Shown: positions 26,019 to 43,797, counted from the stretch's first letter. The stretch is 64,000 nt of DNA from the human T2T-CHM13v2.0 reference genome, Homo sapiens (GCF_009914755.1 NC_060940.1), one strand, 5' to 3'. A program made the numbers and translations. Notes: generated by a model not told the origin, from the sequence alone.

Positions 26019-26210
26019 AAGATTAACAGAAGTGGAGGTTATGGCCAGAAACCCGAGATGGGAGTTGCTGGGAAAGGAGAAAGAAAGACTTTAATGTGGA
26101 AAGGAGAGGTGCAGTATGCCAGTGCTCTCAAAAGGCTAAGAACAGAGAATAAGAGAAAGGTCCCCTGGATTGGCCATGTGGAGATCTTAGTGTCATGAAA
26201 TTAGTGTTAC
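26019..26210 (-). mobile_element. L2 relic (continuation)
   Basis: Purine-rich L2-like sequence (aggctaagaacagagaat...tcccctggattggccatgtggagatcttagtg). Confidence 0.55.
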
Positions 26211-26367
26211 GAGTGCTGTGAGGAAACAAAGTAAAATGATCGAAAGATATATTTATTTGGTTTCCTTTGTGGGTTTTTTGTTTCATTTTTTCTATTTTTC
26301 TATTTTGTAATTGAGTAGTTATACACCTGGACTTGTTTTAATTAAAATTTTAACCTCAAAATTCCTG

Positions 26368-26386
26368 TCAACACACACACACCCAT

Positions 26387-26420
<34 letters not shown>
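26368..26420. repeat. (CA)n microsatellite, interrupted
   Basis: Direct observation. Confidence 0.95.
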
Positions 26421-26422
<2 letters not shown>

Positions 26423-26544
26423 TCATCGGGGCTATTTAAAAGTATGTAAAAGCAACCAGAACAAGGACATTCTGCACGACCCTAAAACAAGGACTCCATT
26501 CTATTCAAAAGATAATCTCTATAAAAACAGGTAGGTCTGATAGA

Positions 26545-26965
26545 ATCAATCCAAATGCCCATCAGTATAGATTGGATAAAGAAAATTTGCTATGTATACA
26601 CCATGGAATACTGTGCAGCCATAAAAAGGAACAAGATCATATCCTTTGCAGGGACATGGATGGAATTGGAAGCTGTTATCCTCAGCAAACTAACACACGA
26701 ACAGAAAACCAAACACTGCATATTCTCACTTATAAGTGGGAGCTGAATGATGAGAACACATAGCGGGGAACAACACACACGGAGGCCTGTTGGGTTGGAT
26801 GCGGGGAGGGAGAGCATCAGGAAAAATAGCTAATGGATGCTGGCTTAATACTTAGGTGATGGGATGATCTGTGCAGCAAGGCATTGTGGCACACCACCTA
26901 TGTAACAAACCTGCAGATTCTGCACATGTACCCTTGAACTTAGAACAAAAGTTGAAGAAAAAAAC
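26545..26965 (+). mobile_element. L1PA 3' end fragment (about PA8-10)
   Basis: ORF 26555-26746 gives IDWIKKICYVYTMEYCAAIKRN...SLISGS; 3' UTR and A-tail present. Confidence 0.93.
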
Positions 26966-28273
26966 AAACAAACAAACACATGGGTCTAAATGAAAAAAAC
27001 ACTAACAACAAACATTCAGAATATGCCCAGCTTTGTATGACATAACAAAGATGTTAGAACACTGCTTCTACTTTTGAAAAAAAAGAAGGATGGAGGATAC
27101 TCACAAAATAGATCTGAGAATGAGAAATCTCTCTCTTCCTATAGTTCTTAGTCATCGGGTAAAATTGAAGATATCAGGTTAGAGTTGGCAGATATTTTGG
27201 GGAGTAATTATGAAAAGTTTTTCTGAAAGAAATTTAAATAGAAATTGAAAATTTGAGAGATTACAGAAAGTAAACAGAAAGAACTATTAATGTGGATAAA
27301 GTTACAGATATAGACAACTATTTTCACTATTCAACCTTCATATTTGAATGATGAAATACAATTATGCGTTTAAAATTTACTCAGTCTTGATGTTCTGAAG
27401 AAAAAACATTGCATGTAGTTGTAACCTTCTGGCTATCATTCTAAAACATTTCAAATATATACAATAATATAAACATTTTCTTTTAAAAAGACATATATAA
27501 AAGTATTTTCATGTATATATTTGGTATATCATGAAAAGTATAAAATGTAAATTAAATTATTTTCTTGTCCTGCCTTTTTCTTTCACTTCATCCTCACTCT
27601 TTGATGTTACTAAGGAGTTATTACTGCTAATATGCACTAAATATTTCTCAGAAGGCTTTATTTTAAACCTTCTTCATACTATATACTGAACATATATTAG
27701 AGTCCAGATTTGAGCTAACTTTTAAAAAGTTAACTGAATATGATGTGGCTGAATTAGGATAAATCACCTTTAAATGTCAAGTGCTATATCTGAGCTAATA
27801 ATGGGCTTGCCTTTAGGTCATGGTGGTATATTTTTCTCCTGATAATGTAAAATCAATTAGGTTTTTTAGCATTGATTTATGAGGACATTAATATATCTAC
27901 TTCTAAAATCAACTTGCTTTTCAAAATCTTATAGAAAAATAATAATTTATGCTCAGATTCCTTTACATAATTTATTTTGCTGAAAACTTACGAACTAAAA
28001 AGTAGTTATTTATATTAGGTGTCAACCACCCAAATGGGAAAAAATGGCACATATTGCAGTGAAATTCACTCATAGTAGAATTGTCTCATGAATTGTTGAA
28101 GTCTTGACAAGAGACGTGTAGAATATAGGAATGTTTTCTGCACTGGTCTCGTACAATGTAAGGCCAAGGCCTTCTTGTCTAATCTTTCCACATTTCTTTT
28201 AAATAGCAACACTCAGATAAACAAGACATTTTAGAATTCTTAGAATATAAAATTTAGAAAGATATTGAAGTAA

Positions 28274-28305
28274 AAATTATTGAGTTACCAAATTATTGAG
28301 TTACC
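28274..28305. repeat. Perfect 16-bp tandem duplication
   Basis: aaattattgagttacc x2. Confidence 0.9.
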
Positions 28306-29639
28306 AATCATTAAGTAAACACTTAGAATATTGTATTAGATTAGATAAAAATAGTGGCTCCCTACTGGGGAGTTTCATAACATCAAAATGAATGGTAGGA
28401 ACATGACATTGTTTTTCCTTTCTCCACTTCTGTTTCTCCAAGCTGAGTAAAAAATCACTAAGAAAGTACTACACACTGTGAAGTCTCTCATATTTCAGGA
28501 TTTCCATATATAATTACCAGACATAGATCTTTCCCAGAAATCTTTGCTAATGAAGCTTACAATAAACAAACTAAAAACAGACTCTAAGTGTATAATTGCA
28601 TATAATTTTCTTTTTTTTTAAAAAAAACTATATTTTGTAGAGGCTTGGGAAACTTAGAGATAGCAAAACCATTTCTTTATTGCTAGCTCCCCATAATCCT
28701 AAAGTCATGCCTAGGCTGATTCATTGTAAGATCATGAAAAGCATTTCCCATACCAGGCATTCCCCATTTTAAATAAAATTAACACATTCTTTCCCCACAT
28801 AATATGTGTCCTATGGCTAGTTTTTAAATGCTGACTGACAGAGTAAATAACATTGTGGTGATTAATTACGGACATCTCAATGTTTACTTGAAAGTCATTG
28901 GAAAGAATCAGGAACTTTATAAATCCTATCTCTAGCACCAACTTGATAACAGATACAGCTCTCAAAATAATTGCATTTTTTTACTTATAAGCCTCTTCCA
29001 TAAATTCTGCTCACTATCTATAAATAAAATTCAAAGAGTGAGCCTAGAAAAGACAAGGTAATAAGTCCTTTCACAGATGAAAGAAGACATATGTCAATTT
29101 AAGTCAGGCAATATAGATGGCAAATATAGACAGGCATAATCTGTAATGTAAGTCAATTTACAGTGTTTTTCTTTTTTTCTCTTTAACAAATAATGTGCCA
29201 TCTAGAATGGTTGAAATATCATCTGTTAAATGAAAATATCAATTTCTTCCCCACTGTACTGGTTATAAATTGCCTACACATAACGTAGTCACATGTTGAC
29301 TTCAGATTCTCTTTATTTTGTGGTATTTTCTACTATTTCCAGTGAAGGAAAGTCATTTATTCAAATGCTTTCTCATGCCATTATGAATTCAGAAACCTAA
29401 ATTATGCTTAAATTATCTATCCAAATAGAGAAGAAAAACGCCCAATGTTGCTTTAAGTGTTTGCTCATATAAACCTGAAAATACAAGTTTTGTCTTTTTT
29501 CATTTTGGAATCAGCCTAACACTAAATGCAATGCATTAAATTAGGAAGTTCAGTTAGTTTATTTTGCTTTAAAAAACTATTTTCAAAGATTAGTAAATGA
29601 ATCTCCTCTTTGTCTAGAAACTGTAGAATTATACATTTA

Positions 29640-29950
<311 letters not shown>

Positions 29951-30512
29951 AGAATTATACATTTAAGTAATGTCATGAAATATTTTGTAAGAAAAGCTGA
30001 TTATCTGTCAGGAGAAAAATTGCTGAACAAGAACCTTAACATTGGAAATTTGGCCTCTACAACACACAAGTGTTATATTTTAATAAACCACAAGTTTAAA
30101 ACTCTTGTAGGCATATTTATTTTGTAAAGATGTTGAAACAATTGTATTCATAAGCTCAATAAGGAAATGAGGGGGAAAAAGGTGATTTGGTAATGGTGAT
30201 GCTCATGCACATATTTTCAAATAGGCAATAATCACTTAAATGATGGGATTAAATGCAAGCCCCAATATGAAAAAGTGTGTTCCATTTGGTTTGCTAAAAC
30301 AATAAGAATAATTATTCTTCAAGTACGCTAAAAAGGTCACCAGTCTTGGTAAAAATGTGTTCTTGCAGTTTCCTTTCAATTGTTTCGTCTTTCCTAATTA
30401 AGACACATTATACATAAATGAGGTTTCAGGTTAAGCTATGAGTAGATTGTTTTCCTACCTGCCACCTCTTAAATGTCCTCAATCAATCTCCTATTTTTCA
30501 TAGACCACTGTC

Positions 30513-30567
30513 TATATATATATATATAAAACGCACACACACACACACACACACACATATATACACA
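30513..30567. repeat. (TA)n/(CA)n compound microsatellite
   Basis: Direct observation. Confidence 0.9.
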
Positions 30568-30689
30568 ATTTTTTTTTAATTTTTGCAATAACAGATTCTT
30601 TTAGAGTTTGAAGTAGGAATCCTGTCAGAGGCACCTTGAAAGCAATAGCAATGATAGCACTCATAGTCTCATATGGTAGCCACAGTTCA

Positions 30690-31055
<366 letters not shown>

Positions 31056-33179
31056 CCCTCTCCTTTTAACAATGGATAAAAGTCACCTTCTCTTCCTATT
31101 TTTCCTCTCCCCTTGAGAAGAGTTAAGTCTACCAACTTTCTACCTCTCCCCTTGAAGTAATAGCCACCAGGGTTCCCAGATATAGGGGAATTATCTTAGT
31201 AAATATAGTATGTTTAACTGGGGGCTGGGGGGCTCTCTCAGAAACTGCATGTTCATGCTTTAACAGTACTGGATTAACCTATTTTAGGTTTTCTATGTCT
31301 TATTTACTGCTCTACTTTTGTCCTGAGTGCATGAACATGTTCAACTTGACACTTGGCTTTTTTTTTTTTTCTTTTTTTGGTTTGTTTTGGAAACTAATGA
31401 ATTTCTCTGGATAACTATTGATTTGGAAATGACTAAGAGCCGAAGTCATGGTCTGTTGTTATCTGGGTTTATCTACCAGAAAAAGCAAAGAATGTGAAAT
31501 GAGGACACCCCCACACAATCCCCCAGCCCACAGAGTCCTTCACATATATTTAATTCAAACTTGATTGAAAAGCTTAGGGTAGCATTCATTATCTAAGGGT
31601 AGATTGAAGTAGGGCACTTGGGGTAATATCTTGTAAAAGACACTGCTTTAAAAAAACAATTGCTGGCTTCTCATTGGTGACAAAATGGCTAATATTGTCA
31701 CCTGAGGGGAAAACTATGACAATGTCATCCCGGCAAAGAAGTCAAAAAGGTGATTGGTCTACATAACATTTCGGGCAGTGGCATCCAGTAATAGGCATGA
31801 GCATGATGACACCTAAGATGACCAGAATCTCCATGTCTTTAAACAAACTTTGATTCTAATACAGTTTTGTGACTGTGGCTAATGTGTGGGTCCTGGAGTA
31901 AAGCTATCTGGGTTTTATTCTAACATAGGATACTTCACCTCCAAGTTTCAACTTTCTTCCTTTATGTAATAGATATTATAGTGTACCAACATGAAAAGGT
32001 CAATGTGAGAATTCACACTGTAATCCCATGATGCAAATTATTATTACCAGAACATAGTTTAGTGTACAATAAATTCTACATATTAATGATAATAACCATG
32101 ACTATAACAGTTACATTGTCTATTATCTAAATTCAACATTCAGGCACCGAGTTTGAAAAGAAACAAAACAAAACAAAATAGACATGTCTTTCCTGAATAC
32201 AAAAGTATTCGTAGATGAAGCTAATGAAAACTGAAGGACATCTATGTGACTGAATTGGAATCAAATCTAATAAAGAATGCTTGAAAGTATGGCTATTTGG
32301 GATTTTATTATCACAAGATATTTACTCTGCCTACTTCAAAAAAGCTTTGGCACATTTGTTTTCTTCATTTGCCTACAATTTGGAAATAAAGGGACATGAA
32401 ATAATTAAAATTTTTTGGAGAGGGTTCTTCTATCCAATGTGGAGCAACATAGTTATTGAAATAAGTATTGAAAGTAGTAAATAAACATTGAAAAACAATA
32501 ATAGTAAATATTGAAAAATATCTCTATGATATTTTTCATTTACTATGTATTTGAAGACCTTTTTACTCAGTTTATATATAGGTAGTACATTATGTGTAAA
32601 ATTGCATACTCTGGATATAGACTAGAATTTATTTAATCATGACCCTACTAACAGGCATTTGTGGACTGTTTTTCCTATTTCATAATAGGAAAATGTTAGA
32701 AAAATTTTGCAGTGCCCATTCATATACATAAGTCTGAGCACACACAGAACTATTCTTCTTTAGATTTCAGAAATAAATTTTTAGATTCAAACATGCACTT
32801 TTTAAAAACATTATTATTGCCAAGCAGCTCTCCACAAAGGTTCCTTATCTGTGCCAGATGGGGACACTTTTCTCTCAGGTTCACATTTACTCTTTTGTAG
32901 ACTCCTTTCTGTATCGATGGGACTAGAAGTCTGCAAAGTATGTTAGATGACTAGAAAACAGAACGCAGTGGGTAGAACAGAAGGAAGAAAGGCTAGAACT
33001 TGTAGACTGCTGTCTGGGGGCAGTAGCAAATCTGTGATATTTGAATTAACAGTGTCTGTCTTCTTTTTTTTCTTTTTTTTCTTCTTCAGCTATTCCTACT
33101 TCTCATGCTTTTGTTCTTTCAGTCTTTCCAGTAGCTTTGTAAGAAGTGGCTACTTTCAAAAATGTAGATGAGATAAGTA

Positions 33180-35541
33180 CAGCCGATCCTGAACAAAATA
33201 GATTTGAACTGTGTGGGTGCCCTGTACATGAATTTTTTTCAATAAATATACTGGAAACTTTTTTGGAGATTTGTGACCATTTAAACAAGGGCAATCAGGC
33301 AAGAAAAAGAAAGAAAGGTATCCAAATAGGAAGAGAGGAAGTCGAATTGTCTCTGTTTGCAGATGACATGATTGTATATTTAGAAAACCCCATTGTCTCA
33401 GCCCAAAATCTCCTTAAGCTGATAAGCAACTTCAGCAAAATCTCAGAATACAAAATCAGTGTGCAAAAATCACAAGCATTCCTGTACACCAATAATAGAC
33501 AAACAGAGAGCCAAATCATGAGTGAACTCCCATTCAAAATTATTACAAAGAGAATAAAATACCTAGGGATCCAACTTAAAATGGTTGTGAATAACATGTT
33601 CAAGGAGAACTAAAAACCACTTCTCAAGGAAATAAGAGAGGACACAAGCAAATGAAAAAAACATTCCATACTCATAGATAGGAAGAATCAATATGAAAAT
33701 GGTCATACTGCCCAAAGTAATTTATAAATTCAATGCTATCCCCATCAAGCTACCATTGACTGCCTTCACAGAATTGGAAAAGACTACTTTAAAGTTCATA
33801 TGAAACCACAAAAGAGCCCTCATAGCCAAGACAATCCTAAGCAAAAAGAACAAAGCTAGAGGCATCATACTACCTGACTTCAAACTATACCACAAGGCTA
33901 CAGTAACCAAAACAGCATGGTACTTGTACCAAAATGAATATATAGACCAATGGAACAGAACAGAGGCCTCAGAAATAATGCCACACATCTACAACCATCT
34001 GATATTTGACAAACCTGACAAAAACAAGCAATGGGGAAAGGATTCCCTATTTAATAAATGGTACTGGGAAAACTGGCTAGCCATATGTATGCAGAAAGTT
34101 GAAACTGGATCCTTTCCTTACACCTGATACAAAAATTAACTCAAGATGGATTAAGGACTTAAATGTAAGACCTAAAACCATAAAAACCCTAGAAGAAAAC
34201 ATAGGCAATACCATTCAGGACATAGGCATGGGCAAAGACTTCATGACTAAAACGCCAAAAGCAATGGCAACAAAAGCCAAAATAGACAAATGGGATCTAA
34301 CTAAACTAAAGAGCTTCTGCACAGAAAAAAAAAAAAAAGAAAAACCCATCATCCGCATGAACAGGCAGCCTACAGAATGGGAGAGAAATTTTGCAATCTA
34401 TCCATCTGACAAAGGGCTAATATTCAGACTCTACATAGAACTTAAACAAATTTACAAGAAAAAAACCCAAACAACCCCATCAAAAAGTGGGCGAAGAATA
34501 TGAACAGACACTTCTCAAAAGAAGACATTTATGTGGCCACCAAACATGAAAAAAAACCTCATCACCACTGGTCGTTAGAGAAATGCAAATCAAAACCACA
34601 ACAAGATGCCATTTCACACCAGTTAGAATGGTGATCTTTATCTCTTGTCAGGAAACAACAGATACTGGAGAGGATGTGAAGAAATAGGATGCTTTTACAC
34701 TGTTGGTGGGAGTGTAAATTAGTTCAATCATTGTGGAAGACTACTCAAGGATCTAGAACCAGAAATACCATTTGACCCAGCAATCCCATTACTGGGTATA
34801 TACCTCAAGGATTATAAATCATCCCACTATAAAGACACATGCACACTTATGTTTATTGCAGCACTGTTCACAATGACAAAGACTTGGAACCAACCCAAAT
34901 GCCCATCAATGATAGAATAGATAAAGAAAATGTGGCACATACACACCATGGAATACTATGCAGCCATAAAAAAGGATGAGCTCATGTCCCTTGCAGGGAC
35001 ATGGATGAAGCTGGAAACCATCATTCTCAGCAAACTATCACAGGAACAGAAAACCAAACACTGCATGTTCTCACTCATAAGTGGGAGTTGAACAATGAGA
35101 ACACATGGACATAGGGAGGGGTGCCTGTTTGGGGTGGGAGGGACTAGGGGAGGGATAGCATTAGGAGAAATACCTAATGTAGATGATGGGTTGATGGGCA
35201 CAGCAAACCACCATGAAATGTGTATACCTATGTAAAAAACCTGCACATTTTGCAAAGGTATCCCAGAACTTAAAGTATAAATTTAAAAAAATCACAGATG
35301 AACCTTGCAGCTTAGAAATATTGAAAAAAATTAAGAAAAAGCTAGGTATGCAATGGATGCATAAAATATATGTAGGTAGTAGTCTATGTGTTAATCAACT
35401 GTTTATGTTATTTATAAGGTTTCCAGTCAACAGTAGGCTATTAGTCATTAGGTGTCGGGGGAATCAAAATTTATACATGCATTTCCAACTGCAGGGGTGG
35501 AGGGGTTGGTACCCCTAATGCTTGGGCTGTTAAGTCAACTG
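33180..35541 (+). mobile_element. Tigger2-family (Tigger2a/MER8-like) non-autonomous DNA transposon, split into 33180-33287 and 35285-35541 by an L1
   Basis: Terminal inverted repeats cagccgatcctgaacaa / gttaagtcaactg with flanking TA dinucleotides at 33178-79 and 35542-43; the two halves join into recalled Tigger2 sequence (gagatttgtgaccattt|aaaaaaatcacagatgaacc). Confidence 0.85.
33288..35284 (+). mobile_element. 5'-truncated L1PA (about PA7), ~2 kb, RT C-terminal half to 3' UTR
   Basis: [16 protein letters not shown] motif; further ORF2 fragments in ORFs 33924-34127 and 34099-34503; 3' UTR ending ccagaacttaaagtataa. Confidence 0.96.
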
Positions 35542-37559
35542 TACTTTCTCATACATACAAAAGCTGAAAGCAGATCTTCACTACAAGAAAAGTTAAACTG
35601 ACAAAATTTGCTCTTTGAGGAAATTGAAATTATTTGGATAAAAAATTACCTAAAACCATTTAGAGAGAGAAGAGAGGGGATTTAGAAAGCACCTGAAATA
35701 AAATAAGGGCTGCGAACAAAATTTTCTAGCAATCAATGAGGAATAACTGGGGTTGATAGTAGAATAAGGCATAGATTCCTTCTCCTCTGTTAACATCGAG
35801 CTTGAATCTATTTCTGGAAAGAAAACAAGTGTTATATGCTTTGCTCTGCTCTCAAAATCAATGTATGTTGGATGGCATGAGGATGTCTATGCTAATGAGA
35901 GATCCATGGCTTTCTTTCAGAAGACACAATCCTCATCCTAATGACCTACTGACCACCATCAGAAGAGGTGAGCATAGTGACCACTTCTTGCAACCATCAG
36001 TGGTGGTGCTGAAAGTTTTGAAATACTAGGCATTTTGTTAACTTTAAGTCATTTGTTTAAAATGGCTTTTACTTTAAATACAAAGTTTTCTCTTTAAGAT
36101 AGCATTTTCCCAATGAAGGGTCAAATTGAATTCAGATGTGCTCATTTCTGGAGCATAAGGGCTGTCTGTGAAAAGCTTTCTTTTCTGTGCTAAAACCACT
36201 CAGGATTTCAACTACAAGAGTGGGTCCAATTTCTCAAGGCTAATAGAGAAAGCAAGGTTTAAATCTCACATTTAAAAGCCAAGTCTTACTTTTATTTTAC
36301 TGAAATAACCTGCCTGTCTAATCCTTCGCCTTGTGGAAAGCAGTGCTGGGATTAGAAAGAAGGTTTTCTTACAATAGACTGATCTTAAAATACAAAGATT
36401 ATTTTCTCTGGGTTCAAACAAATGAGTATTCATGCCCCATCAGGTACCTCCGAGTAGAGGCTGCCTCATTGGCTCTGCTTATTTTTGTTTTCCTCTCACC
36501 TTTCTACTTGGCTTCTGAGTCTTGAAATGACATTAGAGGTCTTTTTGTTTTGAGATCAAATTAACTATTTAGCCAAATCACTGAAGTGGAGGATATAATG
36601 CTCAGAAGTAAGCATTTCATTTACAAAAATGCACGTTATCTAGTGCAATAAATGGTGATATTGTGTCTTTAGGCCCTGGTTTTTCATCATTTGGGGAAAT
36701 AATAAGACTTTTCATTTTCTCCCTTAGATCATAAGTGCTGTGTTATTAGTGCCGTCTCAGCGTTAAACCAGGTTGCAAGCTGCTTATTCTTCAAAATGAA
36801 GCTTTATTTTTGAGTTTAATTGCTTTTTCAGGAGCATTATTAGCTTCCAGAAGGGAAGAAAAAATTAAAGCAGCTGAAGCTGTGGTTCAGTGTATTTGAA
36901 GCAAAAACACACATTTCAAAAACTAATGCAACAATACTGTACCAATTATCAAGAATATTATTACGGAATATACATAGTGTGATAATTTTAGAAAGAAAGA
37001 TCTTTTAAATACCAGGTGTGAGCACCATCTGTATTTTTCTGTTAGGTTCTTTTAACGTGCTGAATAAAGAATTATCCTGTTGTCCTGAGAGACCAGATAA
37101 TGCCCAAACTCCCTGAACTTTTAAAAATCTCATCTCCACTAAAGTTTACATCTTAATCTATCACCAAATTCTAGAGTCAACCTTTTTAAGATCTATCAAA
37201 CTCATAATTTTTTCATTTTCACAAACTTCATTATATGTCAGATATGGTAGCATTTGCTACCATTATCATCCGCTCTCTACTAACTGGCTTCCTTGTCTTC
37301 TAATCCAACACCAGTGTCAGAGTAATCTTTCACTAAGTCATTTCTATGCTATTCCCCCAGAAGCGTCAAGCACCTTCATATATTCCTGTTGTACATAAAG
37401 TTAAAACAAAAACGTTGGTGTTTATTTTCTGTATTGACTTGGCCATCTCTTTTCCTCTCTTATTTCTAATGGACAATTCAACTACTCTCTTTGTCTCTCT
37501 CCTTCACTCTATGCTAATCTACTAGCTTCATATATAGAAAGTGCCACTGTATAGGAAGA

Positions 37560-39360
<1,801 letters not shown>

Positions 39361-39364
39361 ATGG

Positions 39365-39790
39365 CCTCTCATAGATGCTGCTAAGCTATAATCTCTTTGA
39401 ATGCCCCAGCTGTAATGTGCATTCTCGGCTGCCACCTCATAACTGTTTCTTCTGTAGAGAATTGCCTTTGGGAGCCACTTCTCTAGGAAGTGCCTGAGAG
39501 CATATGTCCTTCCCTGGGGCAGCCTGCTGCCAATAATGGAATGACACTGTACAACAACTCAGTCCCCTTACCTCCATGTAGTTCAAAACCGTGGGGTCAT
39601 TTAGGCTTCAGAGCTTGCAATGGAATAAGCTGAGACTAGATTCCAGCTGATATGATATAGTTCCTTAACTTCTCCTCTCTATCCTGCTTGCTTCACTTTC
39701 TTGTGGGATTGTGAGAACATTTCTTCTATGAATGCTTTTCACAAATAGTCTCTACTCAGGTTCTACTTCTATAGAACCGTATTGAAGTCA
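39365..39790 (+). mobile_element. LTR16-like ERVL LTR (3' LTR of the preceding element)
   Basis: gagaattgccttt...ccctggggcagcc...gccaat...cctgcttgcttcactt...ctcaggttctacttctatagaacc resembles LTR16; directly follows the internal region. Confidence 0.65.
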
Positions 39791-40043
39791 GTATAACACT
39801 GAGTATTTTAACTCACAATTATATGTGTTGTTACTTACTTAAACCACATTGCTAAATTTTCATTGCTCCTTAACAGTCTCCATTTTGAGTATTTATATTG
39901 AAGCCCCATTGTATAGCACCCCTGGAAGGGACTCTTGCTATCTTTGGCCCACAACCCATAGGATAGAGGCACTAGTACTGAGAGGAATGAGCTGAGCAGG
40001 CTACCATTGACTAAATAGGTCTCTATGGCATTTTTCATAGTAA

Positions 40044-40667
<624 letters not shown>

Positions 40668-40689
40668 TAGTAGCTCTAAAATTGGGTGA

Positions 40690-42060
40690 AACATAGCAAA
40701 TGGAGCTGGAACAAATGGACATCCACATGCAATAAAAATGCATCTAGACATAGACCTTTCACCCCTTACAAATATGAACTCAAAATAGATCACAGACCTA
40801 AGTGCAAATCAAAAACTGTAAAACTCCTAGAAGATAACAGGAGAATATACAGGTTATCATGGTGACTTTTTAAATATAACACCAAAGACATTATCCATAA
40901 AAGAAATAATTGATAAGCTGGACTTTATTAAAATTAAAAATATCTTCTCTATAAAAGACATTGTCATGAGAATGAGAAGATAAGTATCATAGACTTGGAG
41001 AAAATACTTGCAAAACACATATCTGATAAAGGACTTTATTCAAAATGTATGAAGAATTTAAAACAACCCAGTTAAAAAATGAACAAAAGACCTGCAAACA
41101 CCTCATCAAAGAAAATATACAGATGCAAATAAGCATATGAAAAGATGCTCAACAGCATATACCATTAGAGAATTGCAAATAAAACAATGAGATACTACTT
41201 CACACCTATGAGAATGGCTAAAATTAAAAATGCTGACACCAACTACTGGTGAGGATGTTCATCAGCAGGAAATCTCATTCATTGCTGGTGGGAACACAAT
41301 ATGGCCCAACCACTTTGGAAGACAGTGTGGTTTATTAGAAAACTAAATGAACTCTTACCCTACATTCTGACAGCCACACTCCTTACACAAATAAGTTGAA
41401 AATTTATGTCCACACAAAAATCTGCAAAGGAATGGTTATAACAACTTTATTCATAATGACTAAAACTTGGAAGCAGGAAAGATGTCCTTCAGTAGATGAA
41501 TGGATAAATAAGCTATAGTACATCCAGGCAATTGAATATTATTCCCTGCTAAAGAAAAAATGAGCTATCAAGCCATGAGAAGACATGATGGAATTTTCAA
41601 TGCACGTTACTAAGTAAAAGAAGGCAGTCTGAGAAGCCTACATACTGTATGATTTTAGTTATATGAAATTATGAAAAAGACAAAACTGTGAAGATAGTAA
41701 ACAGATCAGTGGTTGCCAGAGGTTAGAGAAGAGGGAGGGAGGAATAGGCACAGCACGGAAAATGTTTAGGGCCATGAAACTATTCTGCATGATAATGGTA
41801 GATACCGATCATTATACCTTGGTCCAAACCCATAGTATGTACAACACCAGGACTGAAACCTAATGTAATCCATAGACTTCAAGTGATAATAGAGCGTCAA
41901 TGTAGGTTCATGGATTATAGCAAATGTGTCACTCTAATGTGGAATGTTGATAGTAGGAAATGCTGTGCCAGTGGGGGGACAAAGGATGCAGGGAAACACT
42001 GAACTTTCTGCTCAATTTTGCCGTGAGCCTAAAACTGCTCGATAAAAATGAACTATTTTT
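40690..42060 (+). mobile_element. L1MC-type 3' fragment (ORF2 end plus long 3' UTR)
   Basis: caaatggagctggaacaaatggacatccacatgc...aagatgtccttcagtagatgaatggataaa...gatcagtggttgccagagg...cctaaaactgctc. Confidence 0.85.
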
Positions 42061-42445
42061 TTAATGGATGATACCAATTCTGAAGGTGGCATTAAAAAGT
42101 CATATATTCCTTAACTATTGTTCCATGTCTTCTTCTCTATGAAAGAGAGCAGAAAGCAGGAATCAATAAGAATCAAGATATATATGTCTGAATAAAAAGT
42201 TTATTTAAATTGCTAGTTTAAATATAATCCTTTTTGACATGTTCGTAAAATATCTCATACATATTATATATTTATAAAAAGTCTCATTTTAGCCCATGCT
42301 TTATGGTTAAGGATGTTTTCACATATACTAGCTTTCTGAAAATGTTTTCAACAAATTAACTGTGGTTTCTCAGGATCACTTAGTTCTTATATGATAAAGA
42401 TGAGACTTGAACTCAGGAGCTGTCATATAAAATTTAAATTCAGAT

Positions 42446-42728
<283 letters not shown>

Positions 42729-43248
42729 TCAGAATCTGTTGTATAGCATGGCAGATAATAGGCAAGCAGTAAAATTTCAGTGAACTTGCTAGCTGTCTTT
42801 TCATTCTGACTTTTTATATCAAAGTAATTGGTGGACATTTGCTAGTAGATGAAACTAATCTGGATAGCTAAGCTTACTTATTACAGAATATGCTTTTTAC
42901 ATATCTCAGCATTTCCAAATTTCATAAATGTTAATGTTAATTAAATACATACTTTGAAGGAAAAGGAATTCCCTTAGATAGCATATGTTACAGTTCAGCT
43001 GTTTTTGAATATTGTGTAAAAGCTTTATAATGACTACACGCTGGAATGTCATATTCTTTCCCAAATTGTTGGTCTGATGCCAACTTGTGTGATTTGCTAG
43101 TGTTTGGTTCACATGCCCAGGGAAAATGTCAAATATTTTCTAAATTAAGTTGTTTCAATTATGTAACTACCTCCTTTACCTTAGTATCAGTTTTCTCTGC
43201 CATTATACTGAATGTCATATGAGAAAGCTATTTAGTTTTAAAGTCACC

Positions 43249-43609
43249 TGTATTAGCCAGTTTTCATGATGCTGACGAAGGCATACTCAAGACTGGGCAA
43301 TTTACAAAAGAAAGAGGTTTAATGGAGAACTCACAGTTCCAAGTGGCTGGGGAAACCTCACAATCATGGTGGAAGGGCAAGGAGGAGTAAGTCGCATTTT
43401 ACATGGATGACAGCAGGCAAAGAGAGAGCTTGTGCAGGGAAACTCTAGTTTTTAAAACCATCAGATCTTGTGAGACTTATTCACTATCATAAGAAAAACA
43501 TAGGAGAGACCTGCCTCCATGATTCAATTACCTCCCACCAGGTCCTTCCCACAACACGTGGGAATTCAAGATGAGATTTGGGTAGGGACACAGCCAAATA
43601 TCATTATCA
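43249..43609 (-). mobile_element. THE1 (THE1A-like) MaLR solo LTR
   Basis: tgtattagccagttttcat...cacaatcatggtggaagg...gatgagatttgggtagggacacagcc...atca; TSD tcacc/ccacc. Confidence 0.92.
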
Positions 43610-43797
43610 CCACCAATCTTTTAACTATTCAAAATCAAGTCATTCTTTCATGCTTTCAAATTATATACTACGAATTTTTTGTCAGACACAAATATAGCAG
43701 AATATATTTTTAAAAAAGTTCCACCGCCACTATATAATTGTAATACAGAGAGATTGATGCCCCATTTATTGAATTACTACTATGTGCCAAGAACAGG

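Noticed and set aside
25680-26198. 172-aa ORF antisense to the L1 5' UTR (ORF0-like?)
   Set aside because: GTG start; crosses from L1 into L2 relic; no similarity to ORF0 that I can see, and ORF0 belongs to younger L1PA 5' UTRs.
33146-33613. 155-aa ORF containing an RT FADD motif
   Set aside because: GTG start; chance in-frame join of Tigger sequence and a truncated L1 ORF2 fragment ending in a premature stop.
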